Assembly: GCA_965242625.1 (NCBI GenBank)
Contig: CBDEST010000005.1
Span: 2,383,483-2,447,482 of the forward strand
DNA length: 64,000 nt
Direction of reading: 5' to 3'
Origin: Bryobacterales bacterium
Lineage (GTDB): Bacteria > Acidobacteriota > Terriglobia > Bryobacterales > UBA6623
Below, in pieces: positions 28,618 through 38,707 of this stretch. The position numbers were made by a program, and so were the translations under genes. The notes below the pieces were generated by a model, which worked only from the letters and a program-made list of their open reading frames with translations, had not been told where the DNA came from and searched no databases. The stretch's first letter is position 1; each line of letters opens with the position of its first letter.

Positions 28618-29784
28618 TCACTCGACCTCGCGCGGGGCCGTGTAGCCCTTGCGCGCGACGATCTGGTACTTGATCCGCTTGTTCTTCTTGCCCGTGATCC
28701 GGAGTTCCTTGTTGGTCTGGGGATCGACGAGGCGGACCGTGATCTTGCGGAACGTGCCGTCGCGTTTCGTGTTGGACGGGACGTAGACCGCCGTGTACTG
28801 ATTGCGCATCAGGAAGTTCAGCGTTTGGAAGATTGTCGGGAACTGGCCGTAGAAGCGCGGGAAGAAGGCGAAGCCCCCGCTTTCCCGCGCGAACGTGCGC
28901 AACTGGTTCTCCGACTGGAGCCAGCCGATCCTGGTGATGCCGCCCACGTAGCCGCGCGAATCGAGGATCTCCTTGAGCATCTGCGCGAGGCCGACGGCGT
29001 GAATCGTGACGCCGCCCTCTTGCACGATCTTGCGCGTCTGGTTGAAGTTGAGGCGGCTGAAGGTGTCGTCGCCGCTCGACAGCACGACGATGGACTTGCG
29101 CCCTTCGATGCCGGACATGCGCTGGACGGTGTCGGCCAGCGCGTCGAACAGGTTCGACTCTCTGTAAGCGGCGATGCGTAGTCGTTGCAAGGCGTTGTTG
29201 ATCTCGCGACGGTCCTGCGTGAAGTCGGCGAGGATCTCCGGCCGCAAGTCGTACGCGATCACTGCGATCCAGTCCTCCGGCCGCAGGGTCGAGACGAAGC
29301 CGTAAGTTGCCGTCAAGGTCTGGTACCACGTCTCCGACCAGTACGACTGCCAGCGATTGCTGAATTCGATCAGCAAGGCGACCGTGGCGGGGGCTTCCGT
29401 CGCGCTCACGCTGATCAGCTTCTGCGGAGCGCCGTCCTCCAGCACTTGGAAGTTACCTGGCGGGATGTTCTGGATGGGCATGCCGTTGTTGTCGAGTACC
29501 GAGATGTCGACCGTGACGGCGTTGGCGTCCGCCGTGAACAGCGGCTGGTCTTGCGGAATGCGTTGCGGGGCGCGCGTTTCGACGGGCGGACGCGTAGGTG
29601 CGTCCGGGGGGGCGCCCGGGCCGGGCAACGTGCCCGGGCGACGCGGGGCGTCGGGCAGCGGCCGTCGCGGGCGATCCCCTAGCGGACCCGGTGCCTGAGC
29701 CCACACCGTCAATCCCGCGACTAGCACGGCCGCCGCGAGCGCAAGAAGCCCGATCGGGCGGAGGGCGTGGCGTGCGTTTTCCAT
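28618..29784 (-). CDS. VWA-domain protein of the acidobacterial VWFA-related (TIGR03436-like) type
   Basis: Signal peptide and Pro-rich linker, then VTVDISVLDNNGMPIQNIPPGNFQVLEDGAPQKL and a VWA core (VVLSSGDDTFS). Confidence 0.7.
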   Translation of the reverse strand: MENARHALRPIGLLALAAAVLVAGLTVWAQAPGPLGDRPRRPLPDAPRRPGTLPGPGAPPDAPTRPPVETRAPQRIPQDQPLFTADANAVTVDISVLDNNGMPIQNIPPGNFQVLEDGAPQKLISVSATEAPATVALLIEFSNRWQSYWSETWYQTLTATYGFVSTLRPEDWIAVIAYDLRPEILADFTQDRREINNALQRLRIAAYRESNLFDALADTVQRMSGIEGRKSIVVLSSGDDTFSRLNFNQTRKIVQEGGVTIHAVGLAQMLKEILDSRGYVGGITRIGWLQSENQLRTFARESGGFAFFPRFYGQFPTIFQTLNFLMRNQYTAVYVPSNTKRDGTFRKITVRLVDPQTNKELRITGKKNKRIKYQIVARKGYTAPREVE

Positions 29785-29901
29785 GATGGGCTCTTCAATC
29801 CGACTGCCGTGCTCTGGCTCCGGCCGCCAGCGGCAGTGCCCTTATGGTAAACCCTGCCGAAGGCCGTGCCATGCGACTGATCTCGCGGATATGGGTTCCG
29901 G

Positions 29902-30273
29902 TCAGTTGGCGGGTTTCAGCTTGAAGTTGTAAATCAACTCCGTGCGGCTGTCGAAGCTCGAGACGGTTCGCGTCCGGCTTTGGAGGTTCTCCGCCATCGC
30001 CTTGAGCTCGTAGTCGATGTTAAGGTCGAGCCCCTTGAAGTAGTACTCCCCGGTCGCCTTGGTGTGGAACGACTTGACCTCTTGCGTCCGGGAGTTCTTG
30101 AGTTGCACGACCGCTTGGACGCCATCCTCCGCCTCGTCGGTCACCTGGCCCTTGACCGTGCGCGTCGGAGGCTCCTTCTTGCCCTTCTTGCCGAAGCCGG
30201 GAAACTGCGCGCGAGCCGCCGGCGCGGCCAGTGCCGCGGCAAGGAGGAACAGGTGGCGTCGCGTACGATACAT
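29902..30273 (-). CDS. small secreted CarboxypepD_reg-like protein
   Basis: Signal peptide plus VKGQVTDEAEDGVQAVVQLKN...TGEYYFKGL, a beta-sandwich pattern. Confidence 0.6.
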   Translation of the reverse strand: MYRTRRHLFLLAAALAAPAARAQFPGFGKKGKKEPPTRTVKGQVTDEAEDGVQAVVQLKNSRTQEVKSFHTKATGEYYFKGLDLNIDYELKAMAENLQSRTRTVSSFDSRTELIYNFKLKPAN

Positions 30274-30286
30274 GGCTGCTCCTATC

Positions 30287-30682
30287 CTACTCTTCCTCCA
30301 CGCGGCGTTTCGCCGCCCGCGCCTCCTTGCGCGAGCGCAAGATCAGATTCGCGGTCGTCTTGTCCATCCCGTAGACAGCGGCCGTGCGGGTCGCCGATTC
30401 GAATCCGGAGGCTGACGCGGTGATCACGTACGTCGCGTCCCCCGCCGGGAGGTGGATGCGGTATTCGCCGCGATAGTTCGTCACCGCCCGGTACTTCTTG
30501 CGGGGGTTGGATTCGTCGTAGGCGACGATCCTGGCGCCGGGCAGGGCGAGGTAGGAACCCTTGAACACCGTTCCGAAGAGGAGCGCTGTCTGGTCGGCAC
30601 CCTGGCTCACGCTCCCGAGGAGCGCGAACGGGGCTGCGAGGCGCAGCACGCCGCGTCGCCCGAGGTTGCGAGGCCAAGCCAT
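30287..30682 (-). CDS. small secreted CarboxypepD_reg-like protein
   Basis: The ATG at 30682 (MAWPRNLGRRGVLRLAAPFALLG), then LFGTVFKGSYLALPGARIVAY...NYRGEYRIHLPAGDATYVITASASGF. Confidence 0.6.
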   Translation of the reverse strand: MAWPRNLGRRGVLRLAAPFALLGSVSQGADQTALLFGTVFKGSYLALPGARIVAYDESNPRKKYRAVTNYRGEYRIHLPAGDATYVITASASGFESATRTAAVYGMDKTTANLILRSRKEARAAKRRVEEE

Positions 30683-30769
30683 CCGCTCAGAGTTTCGCAC
30701 GAAACCGATCTCCGGTCCACGCGAAACCGGCGCGTCGCGGGATCTGTCGTAAGCTGAGAGCGGCAACTC

Positions 30770-31213
30770 GTGAATTCAGTGTTCACATGCTTGCATGCGC
30801 GCGCGGCCGCGCTGGCCCTAGCCAGCGCGTTGCTGCCGTGGCAGGCTTTCGCGCTGCTGGCGGCGCCTCCGACCCATGTCTGCCCGCGCAACAGGGTCGC
30901 GAGCGAATGCCGGATGGCTTGCCACCGGTCGCAGCCGGCGCAACCGAAACCCTCCGTACCGTCCTGCCATCGCGTGCAGGATGCCAGCGAGGCGTCGGCG
31001 AACGTGCGTGCGTGCTTGGTAGCGCGCCGCTGCCCGGGACCCGAGGGATCCCACCACTGGGTGCCGGAGCCCCCTTACGTATTCGCATCCGTTGCGTCGG
31101 TAAATTCGCCCCCGGGCGGAGTGCATCTGGCGGTCACGCCGTCCGCGCTCCCGACCCCTATCGATTTGCCGCCGCCCTTGCCTCCCCCTAGACACCCGAT
31201 CGCCCTTCAGTAG
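30770..31213 (+). CDS. hypothetical Cys/His- and Pro-rich secreted protein upstream of the TonB-dependent receptor
   Basis: 147-aa ORF with a signal-like N-terminus, HVCPRNRVASECRMACH...SCH...CLVARRC, and a proline-rich tail. It is followed by the hairpin GGCCTCG-TC-CGAGGCC at 31218-31233. Coding status is unproven. Confidence 0.35.
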   Translation: MNSVFTCLHARAAALALASALLPWQAFALLAAPPTHVCPRNRVASECRMACHRSQPAQPKPSVPSCHRVQDASEASANVRACLVARRCPGPEGSHHWVPEPPYVFASVASVNSPPGGVHLAVTPSALPTPIDLPPPLPPPRHPIALQ

Positions 31214-31333
31214 AACAGGCCTCGTCCGAGGCCGCGCGCATCGTCTCCGGTCACTCCGATTGCGACCGGTACGGTCAGCGGCCCGTCGCGGGGCGGACTG
31301 GCTGGATTCGGGACATTTCGGGGAGGATTCGTC

Positions 31334-33604
31334 ATGCGTTTCATGCAGGTGGCTTGCCTGCTCGCCTGCGCCACGGCGATGGAGGCGGAGATCACCGTCC
31401 GCGTGGAGGACCCGTCAGGCGCGCGGATACCGGATGCGGCGGTCTCACTGCGCGATGCCGCCGGTGTCGTCGTCGCGCGCGGCACGACAGCGATAGATGG
31501 CGAGATCGCGTTCCGGGAGGACGGCGACTCGGTGGCGGTGCAGGTCCCGGGCTTCCGCGACGCCACGCTCGCGCTCGAGGGGAGGATCGCCGTAACGGTC
31601 AGCTTGGAACTTCCGAGTCTGGATCGCGAGTTGCGCGTCGAGGCTCCGCTCGAGGCGGTCGCGCCAGTGGCTGCCGAAGCGGTCGAGCCGGATCGCGTCA
31701 GCGGCGCCGACTTGGTCGCAAGCTTGCGGGAGACGCCCCAGGTCAGCGTGATTCGACGCGGCGGCACGAATTTCGAGCCCGTCGTGCAGGGCCTGCGCGA
31801 GACGCAGCTCGCGATGGTCGTGGACGGGACGCGCACCTTCGCCGCGGGTCCGGCGCGCATGGATTCCGAGCTGAGTCATGTCGATCCCGGCAGCATCGAC
31901 ACCGTGGAGGTTGTCACGGGTCCGTACGCCTTGGAGGAGGGCGCGGGAGCGATGGCCGCGATCATCGTGAAGTCATCCGAAATCCCTCTGCCCTCCGAAT
32001 GGCGGGTCAACGGCCGTCTGGGCTTGGGTTGGCGCAGCAATGGCAACGGCCGCTTGGGGCAGGTGCGCGTGCATGCCGGGAATTCCGGCTTCGGATTCGA
32101 CTTGCGGGCCAGCGGGGACCTGCTCGACGACTACCGTCCCGGGGGCGGCGGGCAGACCGCGGCTCTCGTGCCGAGCGATGCCTCCGCGCACCAGCTCGGG
32201 ACGAAGCTGCGCTTCCAGCCGGACGCAAATCAAGAATTTCTCTTGGGCGGCTACTACGACGAGCAGACGGGCGTCGATTACCCTGGCCGGCTGCTGACAG
32301 CCGAGCACTTCCTGCTCCGGGCGTGGGAGTCGCGGTACCGCGTGGAGAGACCCGAGAAGATCCTACGCGCTTTGCGGCTGAACGCTTACCTGCACAAGAA
32401 GAGCCATCGCATGAGCAACCGCGAGAAGCCGACGGCGATGGACATGCCGATGCGGATGCCGCCATTCGCGCTCGACGTTTCGCTGCCCGCCGAGTCCGAC
32501 ACGGTCGGAGGCGCGGGTCGAGTCGAGCTGGTGCCCGGCGACGCTTGGCGGATCCATGCCGGGTTCGACGTGTTCCGGTTGGAGCAGGACGCTCAGCGCT
32601 TCATCGCTCGCGCCAGGGATCGCAAGCTCCTCTTCGACGACCGGGTCTGGGCCGGCACTTCGTTAAGCAATCTTGGAACATACGCCTTCGTGGGCAGAAG
32701 CTTCGACCGCGGCGAGGTGCGCGGCACGGTCCGCCTGGATTCCGTCGCAAGCGCCGCCGGGTACCCGAGCGACTACTTTCGGGCGCATTCCGGGAGCGAC
32801 TTGGAGCGTCGGGAGACCAACGCGAGCGCGAGTCTGGCGGGGCGCTTGGACCTTGGCGGGGGACTGGCTGTCGCGGGCGGATTCGGGCGGGTCGTGCGGA
32901 CCGCCAATGCCTTGGAGCGCTACGCGGATCGCTTTCCGAGCACCCGCTTCCAAGTCGCGGCGGAATTCATGGGGGATCCGGCGATCCGCCCGGAATCGAG
33001 CGTGCAGGGAGATTTGAGCCTCGCGTGGACGCGGGGCGCCTTGCGATTCCATGCCGGCGGATTCGTGCGGCGGATCGGGGACTACATCACTGTCATGGCC
33101 GATCCGACCTTGAAGAAGCGCTTGCCGCTGAGTCCGCCCACGGTGTTTCGCTATATCAACGGCGAGAGCGCCCTGTTCCGGGGATGGCACTTCGGCTTGA
33201 GCCGCGTGGCGGATCGCGTCGAACTTCGCGTGCAGGCTGCCAAGACAATCGCGGACGACCGCGAGCTGATGCAGCCGGTACTCGGCATTCCACCGCTCGA
33301 GGTCACCTCCTCGATCCGGTTCGTCACGCGTGATCGCAGGCTTTACGGCCAGTACGCCGTGCGCAATGTCTGGGACCAGCGACGCGTCTCGGGCGCGCGC
33401 CAAGAGACACCGTCGCCCGGCTTCGCGCTGCACGGATTCCGCTTCGGCGCGAATCTCTGGACGGGAGCGACGATGTACCTAGGCTTGGAGAACGCCGGGA
33501 ACCGGCGCTACTACGAGCACCTGAACTCGCTCAATCCGTTCACGCGCCAGCGCGTTCCGGAACCGGGCCGCGCCGTGACGCTGGGATTCTCGACGACCTG
33601 GTAG
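31334..33604 (+). CDS. TonB-dependent receptor (CarboxypepD_reg N-terminus, plug, beta-barrel)
   Basis: 756 aa. The N-terminus ITVRVEDPSGARIPDAAVSL is followed by a plug region (VIRRGGTNFEPVVQGL) and the C-terminal barrel ending ...VTLGFSTTW (terminal aromatic). Confidence 0.85.
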   Translation: MRFMQVACLLACATAMEAEITVRVEDPSGARIPDAAVSLRDAAGVVVARGTTAIDGEIAFREDGDSVAVQVPGFRDATLALEGRIAVTVSLELPSLDRELRVEAPLEAVAPVAAEAVEPDRVSGADLVASLRETPQVSVIRRGGTNFEPVVQGLRETQLAMVVDGTRTFAAGPARMDSELSHVDPGSIDTVEVVTGPYALEEGAGAMAAIIVKSSEIPLPSEWRVNGRLGLGWRSNGNGRLGQVRVHAGNSGFGFDLRASGDLLDDYRPGGGGQTAALVPSDASAHQLGTKLRFQPDANQEFLLGGYYDEQTGVDYPGRLLTAEHFLLRAWESRYRVERPEKILRALRLNAYLHKKSHRMSNREKPTAMDMPMRMPPFALDVSLPAESDTVGGAGRVELVPGDAWRIHAGFDVFRLEQDAQRFIARARDRKLLFDDRVWAGTSLSNLGTYAFVGRSFDRGEVRGTVRLDSVASAAGYPSDYFRAHSGSDLERRETNASASLAGRLDLGGGLAVAGGFGRVVRTANALERYADRFPSTRFQVAAEFMGDPAIRPESSVQGDLSLAWTRGALRFHAGGFVRRIGDYITVMADPTLKKRLPLSPPTVFRYINGESALFRGWHFGLSRVADRVELRVQAAKTIADDRELMQPVLGIPPLEVTSSIRFVTRDRRLYGQYAVRNVWDQRRVSGARQETPSPGFALHGFRFGANLWTGATMYLGLENAGNRRYYEHLNSLNPFTRQRVPEPGRAVTLGFSTTW

Positions 33605-33613
33605 CCGCAGTGC

Positions 33614-33868
33614 CTACTTGGCGACGTTGCGGCGATACTTCTTGTTGAACCGCTCGATCCGCCCTTCGGCATCGACGAGCTTGCGCTTGCCTGTGTAGAA
33701 CGGGTGCGAATGAGAGGAGATGGCGAGATCGTAGAGCGGAAAGGTCTTGCCATCGATCTCGGTCGTCTTGTCCGTCTTGGCCGCGGAGCGGGTGATCCAC
33801 TCGGTGTTCGTGGTGATGTCGCGGAAGACCACCTCGCGATAGTTGTCCGGATGGATGTCAGGTTTCAT
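33614..33868 (-). CDS. rpmE2: 50S ribosomal protein L31, type B (Cys-less)
   Basis: MKPDIHPDNYREVVFRD...SSHSHPFYTGKRKLVDAEGRIERFNKKY. There are no cysteines, so no zinc ribbon. The ATG at 33868 lies inside a longer track ORF. Confidence 0.85.
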   Translation of the reverse strand: MKPDIHPDNYREVVFRDITTNTEWITRSAAKTDKTTEIDGKTFPLYDLAISSHSHPFYTGKRKLVDAEGRIERFNKKYRRNVAK

Positions 33869-33959
33869 CGCTGCTCTGCCCGTAGCCACAGCCGTCAAGA
33901 AGCCGCGGCACTCCGCCCGACATCGCGGTCGGGCCGTGTGCTTCCACTATAGCGAATCG

Positions 33960-35756
33960 TCAGCGCGAATCGCTCGGGAGCGCGGCGGATTCGCGCACTC
34001 CGCCGGGCCTGTTGCAAAGCAGCAGCTTGCCGCCGCTTTCGGCTACCGTATGCGTGCGCTGCCGGCCGAGCAGCGCCTCGAAACGCGGCCGCTCCTCGGC
34101 ATGGGTCACCAAGTACGTCGGAACATCGCGGTGCCACAGGGCGCCCAGCTCCCGGTCATCAACGAACACATCCGGTGCGCCGGGCGCGTTCGAGCCGTAC
34201 TCGATGTTGTTCCGGCGCCCGTTCAGGAGCAAGACCTGTTGATTCGCGTAGTACGCGACCGAGGAGAACGCGTAGTATTCGTCATCCAAGACCAGCGTGC
34301 CAGGCGGCGAAGCCAGATAGGCATCGGCGATGGGTCGCGACGACAGGTACGGATCGAAGGTCGCCATGGCGGAGTGAGCCGCATGCAGCACGAGCGCGGA
34401 GGCGCAGGCGAGCGCGAGCGCCGCTCGGTTGCCGGCTAGGAACCATCCTCCGAAAGCCCCTAGGGCGGCTGCCGCGACCGCCACGGATAGCGGGCCTCGC
34501 AGGTATGCGAACGTCCCGAGCGTCAAGTCTTGGAAGTGCCCCAGGGCCAGCGTGTATGCTTCGGGGTTGCTCTCTAGCGAGCGGGCGATGTCACCGTCGG
34601 ACGGCGGCTGCCCGGCGAGGGCCAAGACGGCCACTCCGGCGACGAGCGCGAGAGCGAAGATCGCAGCTGCGAATCGGCAGGCGACGAACAGGCGCCGGGG
34701 CGCATGGCTTGCCGCGCTGGCGAGCAGCAGCATGGCGGGCCCGTACAGCGGGAGCGTGTAGTACTCCTGGCTGGTCGATGCAGAGAAGAACAGCAGGCAG
34801 AAACCGCAGTAGCAGAGCATGAGCGTGCGGGTGCGGCGAGCACGATCGGCAATGCCGAACGCCAGCTTCGGAAGCGCCGCGAGCAGGCCGCTCCACGGAA
34901 ACAGCCACGCCACATGTCCGGCCCAGAGCCATAGCAGAGGGACTCGGTCGTAGTCCGCCGGGAACCGCAACCCGAGATAGCGCAGCACGTGTTCGTTCAC
35001 GAAGTACCGCCAGAAGAATCCGCGGTACTGGCCCGGCCCGCTGTCGAGTCCCCATGCGAAGTAGGGCGGATGACGGGCAATCTCGACGAGGTGCCACGGC
35101 GCGGCCACGAGGAGCGCGGCGCCGATCGCCCCGGGCAGGCCCATGCGGCGCCACGACGAGCGCGAGCGCCACTCGCCACTCCAGAGCAAGTACGCGGCGA
35201 TGGCGCCGGCCGGCAGGACGGCCGCTACGAGGCCCTTGCACAGCAGTCCGCAGCCGATGGCGACACCGGCCCAGAGCATGAGCGCGCGCGCATTTCGCTC
35301 GCTGCCTTCGCGCGCTCGCAGAAAGCAGTCCAGCGCGACGAGCGACGCGCAGCCGACATAGATGTCCGGCATGCGCGCCCGCGTGAATAGGAACAGGCCC
35401 AAGCAGGTCGCCAGGCCGATTCCGGCGTACAGTCCGGCGAGGTCGCCGAAGGCCCACCGACCGGTTCGCCACCCCAGCCAGCAAAACGCGATCGCGGCCA
35501 GGGCCAGCGGCAGCCGCGCGGCCCAGTCATGCACCCCGAACAGCGCGTAGGAGACCGCGATCGCCCAGACCTGGCCCGGCGGCTTGTCGAAGTACACCAC
35601 GCCGTTGAGTCGCGCCGTCGCCCAGTCGCCGGACTCGAGCATCGTCTGGGCGATTCGGGCGTACGTCGCGTCGACGTCGTCGAGCAGCGACGGCGGGCTC
35701 GAAACCGTGCCGAGAAAGACCGCCGCAGCGAAGGCGAGCACGGCCAAGCCGTGCAT
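33960..35756 (-). CDS. ArnT/PMT-like glycosyltransferase (GT39/GT83-type, polytopic)
   Basis: The ATG at 35756 (MHGLAVLAFAAAVF...) opens DDVDATYARIAQTMLESGDW...YFDKPPG, the hallmark N-terminal loop of ArnT/PMT-like enzymes. There are many TM segments. Confidence 0.75.
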   Translation of the reverse strand: MHGLAVLAFAAAVFLGTVSSPPSLLDDVDATYARIAQTMLESGDWATARLNGVVYFDKPPGQVWAIAVSYALFGVHDWAARLPLALAAIAFCWLGWRTGRWAFGDLAGLYAGIGLATCLGLFLFTRARMPDIYVGCASLVALDCFLRAREGSERNARALMLWAGVAIGCGLLCKGLVAAVLPAGAIAAYLLWSGEWRSRSSWRRMGLPGAIGAALLVAAPWHLVEIARHPPYFAWGLDSGPGQYRGFFWRYFVNEHVLRYLGLRFPADYDRVPLLWLWAGHVAWLFPWSGLLAALPKLAFGIADRARRTRTLMLCYCGFCLLFFSASTSQEYYTLPLYGPAMLLLASAASHAPRRLFVACRFAAAIFALALVAGVAVLALAGQPPSDGDIARSLESNPEAYTLALGHFQDLTLGTFAYLRGPLSVAVAAAALGAFGGWFLAGNRAALALACASALVLHAAHSAMATFDPYLSSRPIADAYLASPPGTLVLDDEYYAFSSVAYYANQQVLLLNGRRNNIEYGSNAPGAPDVFVDDRELGALWHRDVPTYLVTHAEERPRFEALLGRQRTHTVAESGGKLLLCNRPGGVRESAALPSDSR

Positions 35757-35763
35757 CCGCCCG

Positions 35764-36993
35764 TCACTGCGCCAGCCGTTCCATGCGCCAAGCTTGGAAG
35801 CCATCTCCCGGATCGCGGCCCGGAACGGTCGAGAGCACGCGTTCCGCCTTCCATTCCGGTCGGCCGCCGATCGCGGCTTCGACCACATCTTCGTTCTCCT
35901 CCGATTCCAGCGAGCACGTGGCGTAGATCAGCGTTCCCCCGGGAGCCAGAGCCGCCATCGCGTTGCCTAGAATGCGTACCTGCCTGCGTTGGAGGTCGAC
36001 GAGGTCGTCCGGTCTCAGGCGCCATGTGATTTCCGGATTCCGGGCAAGCGTGCCGGTTCCGGAGCACGGCGCGTCCACGAGGATCCGCTCGAACGATCGA
36101 GCGAAGGGCAGGGGGCGCTCGGCGTCCAGCGCGAGCAAGCCAATGCCGGTCGTGCCGAGCCGTCGCATCGTCCGCAAGCGACGCAGGTTGCGGTCGCAGG
36201 CCACGACCGGCGCGGTCTCGGCCAGCAGGCGCGCCTTGCCGCCCGGGGCGGCGCACAGATCGAGCACTACGGAGCCGGGCCGCGCGTCGAGCAGCATCCC
36301 GGCGCGCTGGGAATTGAGGTCTTGGAAGCGGATCTTCGCTCCTGCCAAGGCCCGAATGCGCGCGGCCGAGCCGGCCCGCAGCGCGTAGGCTCTCGGAACC
36401 GGCGTCTCCGCGACCTCCAAGCCGGCTTCCCGCAGCGCGCGCAGCACCGTCCCCGGGGCGGTCGGGGCGGGAATCCTGAAGTACTTTACCGGAGGTCGCA
36501 GATTGGCCTCGAGGAGGGCGTCGCAGGCCGCCTTGCCCAGAGCGGCCTCCCAGCGGTCGGCCAGCCACCAGGGATGGCACAGCCGCGCCGTCGCGGCTGC
36601 GCTTGGAGCCGGCGGCAGGCGCCGCAGCACGGCATTGACGAGACCGCCAGCCGATCGCTTCCGAGCGAAGCTGGCCAGTTCCACGGCCTCGGACACGGCG
36701 GCGTGCGGAGGCACGCCGTCCATGAATCGCAGCTGGTAGGCCCCGATCCGCAGCACGGCCAGCACTTCCGGATCGACTTTCTGCAACGGCCTGTTCAGCT
36801 TGCTTGCGACTAGGTGATCGAGCGCGCCGCGGTACCGGAGGCAGCCCATGACGAGTTCGGTGACGAAGCGACGCTCTCGCTCGTCCAAGGCGTCCAAGCG
36901 CTTCGCATGGAGCAGTTCGTCGGCATGAGCGCCGTCCCGGTCGATGCGCCGGAGCACCTCGAAGGCGGTTCGCCTTGCCGCCGAGGCCGCCAT
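35764..36993 (-). CDS. rsmB: 16S rRNA (cytosine-C5)-methyltransferase, RsmB/Sun family
   Basis: NusB-like N-terminus (AFEVLRRIDRDGAHADELL), SAM motif VLDLCAAPGGK and catalytic DAPCSGTG / YATCS. Confidence 0.85.
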   Translation of the reverse strand: MAASAARRTAFEVLRRIDRDGAHADELLHAKRLDALDERERRFVTELVMGCLRYRGALDHLVASKLNRPLQKVDPEVLAVLRIGAYQLRFMDGVPPHAAVSEAVELASFARKRSAGGLVNAVLRRLPPAPSAAATARLCHPWWLADRWEAALGKAACDALLEANLRPPVKYFRIPAPTAPGTVLRALREAGLEVAETPVPRAYALRAGSAARIRALAGAKIRFQDLNSQRAGMLLDARPGSVVLDLCAAPGGKARLLAETAPVVACDRNLRRLRTMRRLGTTGIGLLALDAERPLPFARSFERILVDAPCSGTGTLARNPEITWRLRPDDLVDLQRRQVRILGNAMAALAPGGTLIYATCSLESEENEDVVEAAIGGRPEWKAERVLSTVPGRDPGDGFQAWRMERLAQ

Positions 36994-37100
36994 GCCGTGT
37001 CACGATACCAAAGGACTCGCGGGCGTGCCACGCGGCGCGCGGACTGCCCGCGTGCTAGGATTCGCCTAGCGACGGTCGCGCAGACGCGTCGCCGTACCGG

Positions 37101-37535
37101 GTGGATCGATCAAGCAGCACACTCGTCGAGGTCAGGATCCCTGGCGACACTCGCTGGCTGCATCTGGCACGTCTCGTCGTAGAGCAGTGCTGCCAGGAGT
37201 TCGAAGTCGAGAAATCCGTCATGCTCGACATCAAGCTGGCGGTTGACGAAGCGGTCAGCAACGTCATGCGGCACGCCTATGGCGGCAACGCGCAACGCTC
37301 CGTGCATGTCGCGTTGCGCTTGGTGGCATCGGGAGTCGAAACCGAAATCTGCGACGATGGATTGGAGTTCGATCCATTCGCTCAGGAACTGCTGCCGCCC
37401 GACGAACTCCGTTCCGGAGGGCGGGGCATATTCCTCATGCGCGCCGTCATGGACGAGTGCGAATACGACCGCGTGGACGGGTGGAACCGCATCCGGATGC
37501 GCAAGCACTTGGCGACGAGCGCGGTCGACCAGTAA
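37101..37535 (+). CDS. RsbW/SpoIIAB-like anti-sigma factor serine kinase (HATPase_c)
   Basis: 144 aa with LAVDEAVSNVMRHAY (N-box) and DDGLEFDP...GGRGIFLMRAVMDE (G-boxes). Confidence 0.8.
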   Translation: MDRSSSTLVEVRIPGDTRWLHLARLVVEQCCQEFEVEKSVMLDIKLAVDEAVSNVMRHAYGGNAQRSVHVALRLVASGVETEICDDGLEFDPFAQELLPPDELRSGGRGIFLMRAVMDECEYDRVDGWNRIRMRKHLATSAVDQ

Positions 37536-37555
37536 AGGGAAGCGAATCGAGAGCC

Positions 37556-37888
37556 ATGGAAATCAATGTCCTGCACACGCCCTCGGGTTCGTCCGTGCAA
37601 GTTTCGGGCGATGTGGACAAGTCGAGTTCGCCACGGCTGCGAGAGGCGATTCTGGAACTCCTCACGGAGCGCTCGGAGGCGAGGGTCGTTGTGAACCTGG
37701 AGCGCGTGTCGTATATCGACAGCTCCGGGATCGCCAGCTTGGTCGAGGGCCTGCAGTCCGCTCGCAAGCGCAAGGCCCGGTTCGGGTTGGCATGCCTCAA
37801 GGAAGGCCCCCGGCACGCGCTGGAGCTGACGCGGTTGCTGGACGTCTTCGAGGTCTACGCCACGGAGGCGGACGCGCTCGAAGGCTGA
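37556..37888 (+). CDS. STAS-domain protein (SpoIIAA/RsbV-like; possible MlaB analogue)
   Basis: The ATG at 37556. VVVNLERVSYIDSSGIASLVEG contains the conserved phosphorylatable DSSG serine. The gene ends 21 nt upstream of mlaE. Confidence 0.8.
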   Translation: MEINVLHTPSGSSVQVSGDVDKSSSPRLREAILELLTERSEARVVVNLERVSYIDSSGIASLVEGLQSARKRKARFGLACLKEGPRHALELTRLLDVFEVYATEADALEG

Positions 37889-37909
37889 CATCGCGGATCG
37901 GGGCGTCGG

Positions 37910-38707
37910 ATGCGCATTTTCGAGGCCGCCGGCCGCTACACCATCCGGCAGCTCGAGTACGTCGGCGGCCTCGCCATCCAGTTCTGGCGCGGGGCGCGGC
38001 TCTCCCTGCGCGTCAACCCGTTTACGGGTCGGCGGCTGCGCTGGAAACAAACCGTGGCGCAGATGGCGGAGATCGGCGTGCGCGCCTTGCCGGTCCTGTG
38101 CCTGATTTCCGGTGCGACGGGACTGATCATGGCCCTGCAATCGGGTGCCGAACTGCGCCGGTTCGGCGCCATGGATGCCGTGATCAACCTAGTCGGCACG
38201 AGCATGACGCGCGAACTCGGGCCGCTGATCGCGGCGATCGTGGTGATTGGCCGGTCCGGCTCGGCGATTTCGGCCGAGGTCGCGACGATGGTGGTCACCG
38301 AGGAGGTCGACGCGCTGCGCACGATGGCGATCGACCCGATCGATTTCGTGGTCGTTCCCAAGTACTTGGCGATGTTGGTGATGATGCCTGCGCTGACCGT
38401 GATGGGAATCTTCTCCGGCATTCTGGCGGGCGGACTCTTCACGTACTTCACGCTGGAGATGACCTTGGGCATGTACCTCAGCCGCACGGCCGAGATCCTT
38501 CTGATGCGGGACATCGTGAGCGGCTTGGTCAAGGCCGTCGTCTTCGGATCGATCATCGTCCACGTCGGTTGCCTGGAGGGCTTCCGAGTGACTGGCGGAC
38601 CGGAAGGAGTGGGGCATTCCACGACCAACGCGGTGGTCAAGTCGATCTTCTTGGTTGTGATCGCGGACCTGCTCTGCACGACGTTCTTCTACTTCTTCTG
38701 GCGATGA
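37910..38707 (+). CDS. mlaE: MlaE-family ABC transporter permease
   Basis: 265 aa with ...MTRELGPLIAAIVVIGRSGSAISAEVATMVVTEEVDALRTMAIDP..., diagnostic of MlaE/YrbE/TGD1 permeases. Confidence 0.85.
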   Translation: MRIFEAAGRYTIRQLEYVGGLAIQFWRGARLSLRVNPFTGRRLRWKQTVAQMAEIGVRALPVLCLISGATGLIMALQSGAELRRFGAMDAVINLVGTSMTRELGPLIAAIVVIGRSGSAISAEVATMVVTEEVDALRTMAIDPIDFVVVPKYLAMLVMMPALTVMGIFSGILAGGLFTYFTLEMTLGMYLSRTAEILLMRDIVSGLVKAVVFGSIIVHVGCLEGFRVTGGPEGVGHSTTNAVVKSIFLVVIADLLCTTFFYFFWR

